Shown piece by piece: positions 63,401 through 64,000 of a stretch of DNA of 64,000 nucleotides. Each line of letters begins with the position of its first letter. Position 1 is the first letter of the stretch. Source of the DNA: Eledone cirrhosa (lineage: Eukaryota); assembly GCA_964016885.1 (NCBI GenBank), contig OZ024758.1, forward strand, positions 37,386,001 through 37,450,000. Reading direction: 5' to 3'. The notes under the pieces are model-generated. The model did no database searches. It was not told the DNA's origin and saw nothing but the letters and a program-made list of their open reading frames with translations. Made by a program: the position numbers and the translations under genes.

Positions 63401-64000
63401 TTTAAGTTCATGGTATTAGCTGTCAGAAGTCACTCCAATGTTGGTGAGAATTCATTTAAGTTCATGGTATTAGCTGTCAGAAGTCACTCCACTGTTGGTG
63501 AGAATTCATTTAAGTTCATGGTACTAGCTGTCAGAAGTAACCCCAATGTTGGTGAGAATTCATTTAAGTTCATGGTATTAGCTATCAGAAGTCACTCCAA
63601 TGTTGGTGAGAATTCATTTAAGTTCATGGTATTAGCTGTCAGAAGTAACTCCACTGTTGGTGAGAATTCATTTAAGTTCATGGTATTAGCTGTCAGAAGT
63701 AACTCCACAGTTGGTGAGAATTCATTTAAGTTCATGGTATTAGCTGTCAGAAGGAACTCCACTGTTGGTGAGAATTCATTTAAGTTCATGGTACTAGCTG
63801 TCAGAAGTAACTCCACTGTTGGTGAGAATTCATTTAAGTTCATGGTATTAGTTTGTCAGAAGTAACTCCACTGTTGGTGAGAATTCATTTAAGTCATGGT
63901 ATTAGTTGTCAGAAGTAACTCCAATGTTGGTGAGAATTCATTTAAGCCATGGTACTAGCTGTCAGAAGTAACTCCAATGTTGGTGAGAATTCATTTAAGT

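Larger units (their letters stand above)
1..64000. repeat. 54-bp monomer tandem satellite DNA array, ~1,190 head-to-tail copies in one orientation, running off both window edges
   Basis: Every line matches the consensus ATGGTATTAGCTGTCAGAAGTAACTCCACTGTTGGTGAGAATTCATTTAAGTTC with about 0-4 differences per unit. Common variants (numbered from the ATG): T7C (tatta/tacta), T21G (agt/agg), C29A (act/aat), a 1-bp deletion (aagttcatg>aagtcatg) and a 1-bp insertion (agctgtc>agtttgtc). Confidence 0.99.
40230..64000. repeat. Super-unit copy 2 (~40230-52452, 12,223 bp), copy 3 (~52453-62357, 9,905 bp) and the start of copy 4; base unit ~8,938 bp
   Basis: 40367>52590, 41012>53235 and 44349>56572 equal 12,223. 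48875>57813 and 49842>58780 equal 8,938 (12,223-3,285). 51352>61257, 52590>62495 and 53235>63140 equal 9,905 (8,938+1,344-377). Confidence 0.87.

Noticed and set aside
193-63865. The many ORFs in the six-frame track as protein-coding genes
   Set aside because: All are translations of the same 18-codon unit on both strands at once. They start and end at recurrent 1-bp indels and have no unique termini, recognisable domains or promoter/terminator context.
1-64000. CRISPR or CRISPR-like array
   Set aside because: There are no unique spacers. The whole unit is repeated with only SNP-level variation, and there is no leader or cas gene.
1-64000. Variant order as a functional code, or a cassette library for antigenic variation or diversity generation
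   Set aside because: The order is explained by nested in-register duplications and deletions of a few haplotypes. No recombinase, reverse transcriptase or expression site is present in the window.
1-64000. Telomeric repeat, rDNA/5S/tRNA/snRNA tandem array or transposon-derived repeat
   Set aside because: No G-rich telomere motif, recognisable structural RNA, convincing Pol III A/B boxes, terminal inverted repeats, LTRs or target-site duplications. The unit is too short for these genes.
1-64000. Purely artefactual concatemer (rolling-circle or PCR product)
   Set aside because: Variants are shared in ordered, hierarchically inherited patterns rather than as random errors. Individual exact duplications could still be assembly errors.
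1-64000. Assigning a species or named satellite family
   Set aside because: I do not recognise the consensus with any confidence. A database search is required.

Overview
All 64,000 bp are one uninterrupted head-to-tail tandem array of a 54-bp monomer, about 1,190 copies. The + strand consensus is ATGGTATTAGCTGTCAGAAGTAACTCCACTGTTGGTGAGAATTCATTTAAGTTC (20/54 = 37% GC, no CpG, one EcoRI site). I see no unique sequence, inversion, transposon, RNA gene, CRISPR spacer or credible protein gene. The ORF track is a by-product of an 18-codon monomer with one stop-free frame per strand, broken by recurrent 1-bp indels. The information lies in the order of monomer variants, which shows a nested hierarchy: 54-bp monomer, a fixed indel-marked 2-4 monomer motif, a 37-monomer (1,993 bp) higher-order repeat (HOR), recent tandem duplications of 269, 753, 1,344, 3,285, 3,608, 4,575 and ~4,789 bp, and a ~8.9-kb super-unit present in three copies plus the start of a fourth. 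This architecture is typical of a young, actively homogenising eukaryotic satellite and is compatible with a centromeric array, but function is inference only. I cannot name the organism or satellite family, and I find no evidence for a new gene-encoded system. Periods come from ORF-track offsets and by-eye checks of marker SNPs, so block boundaries are approximate.
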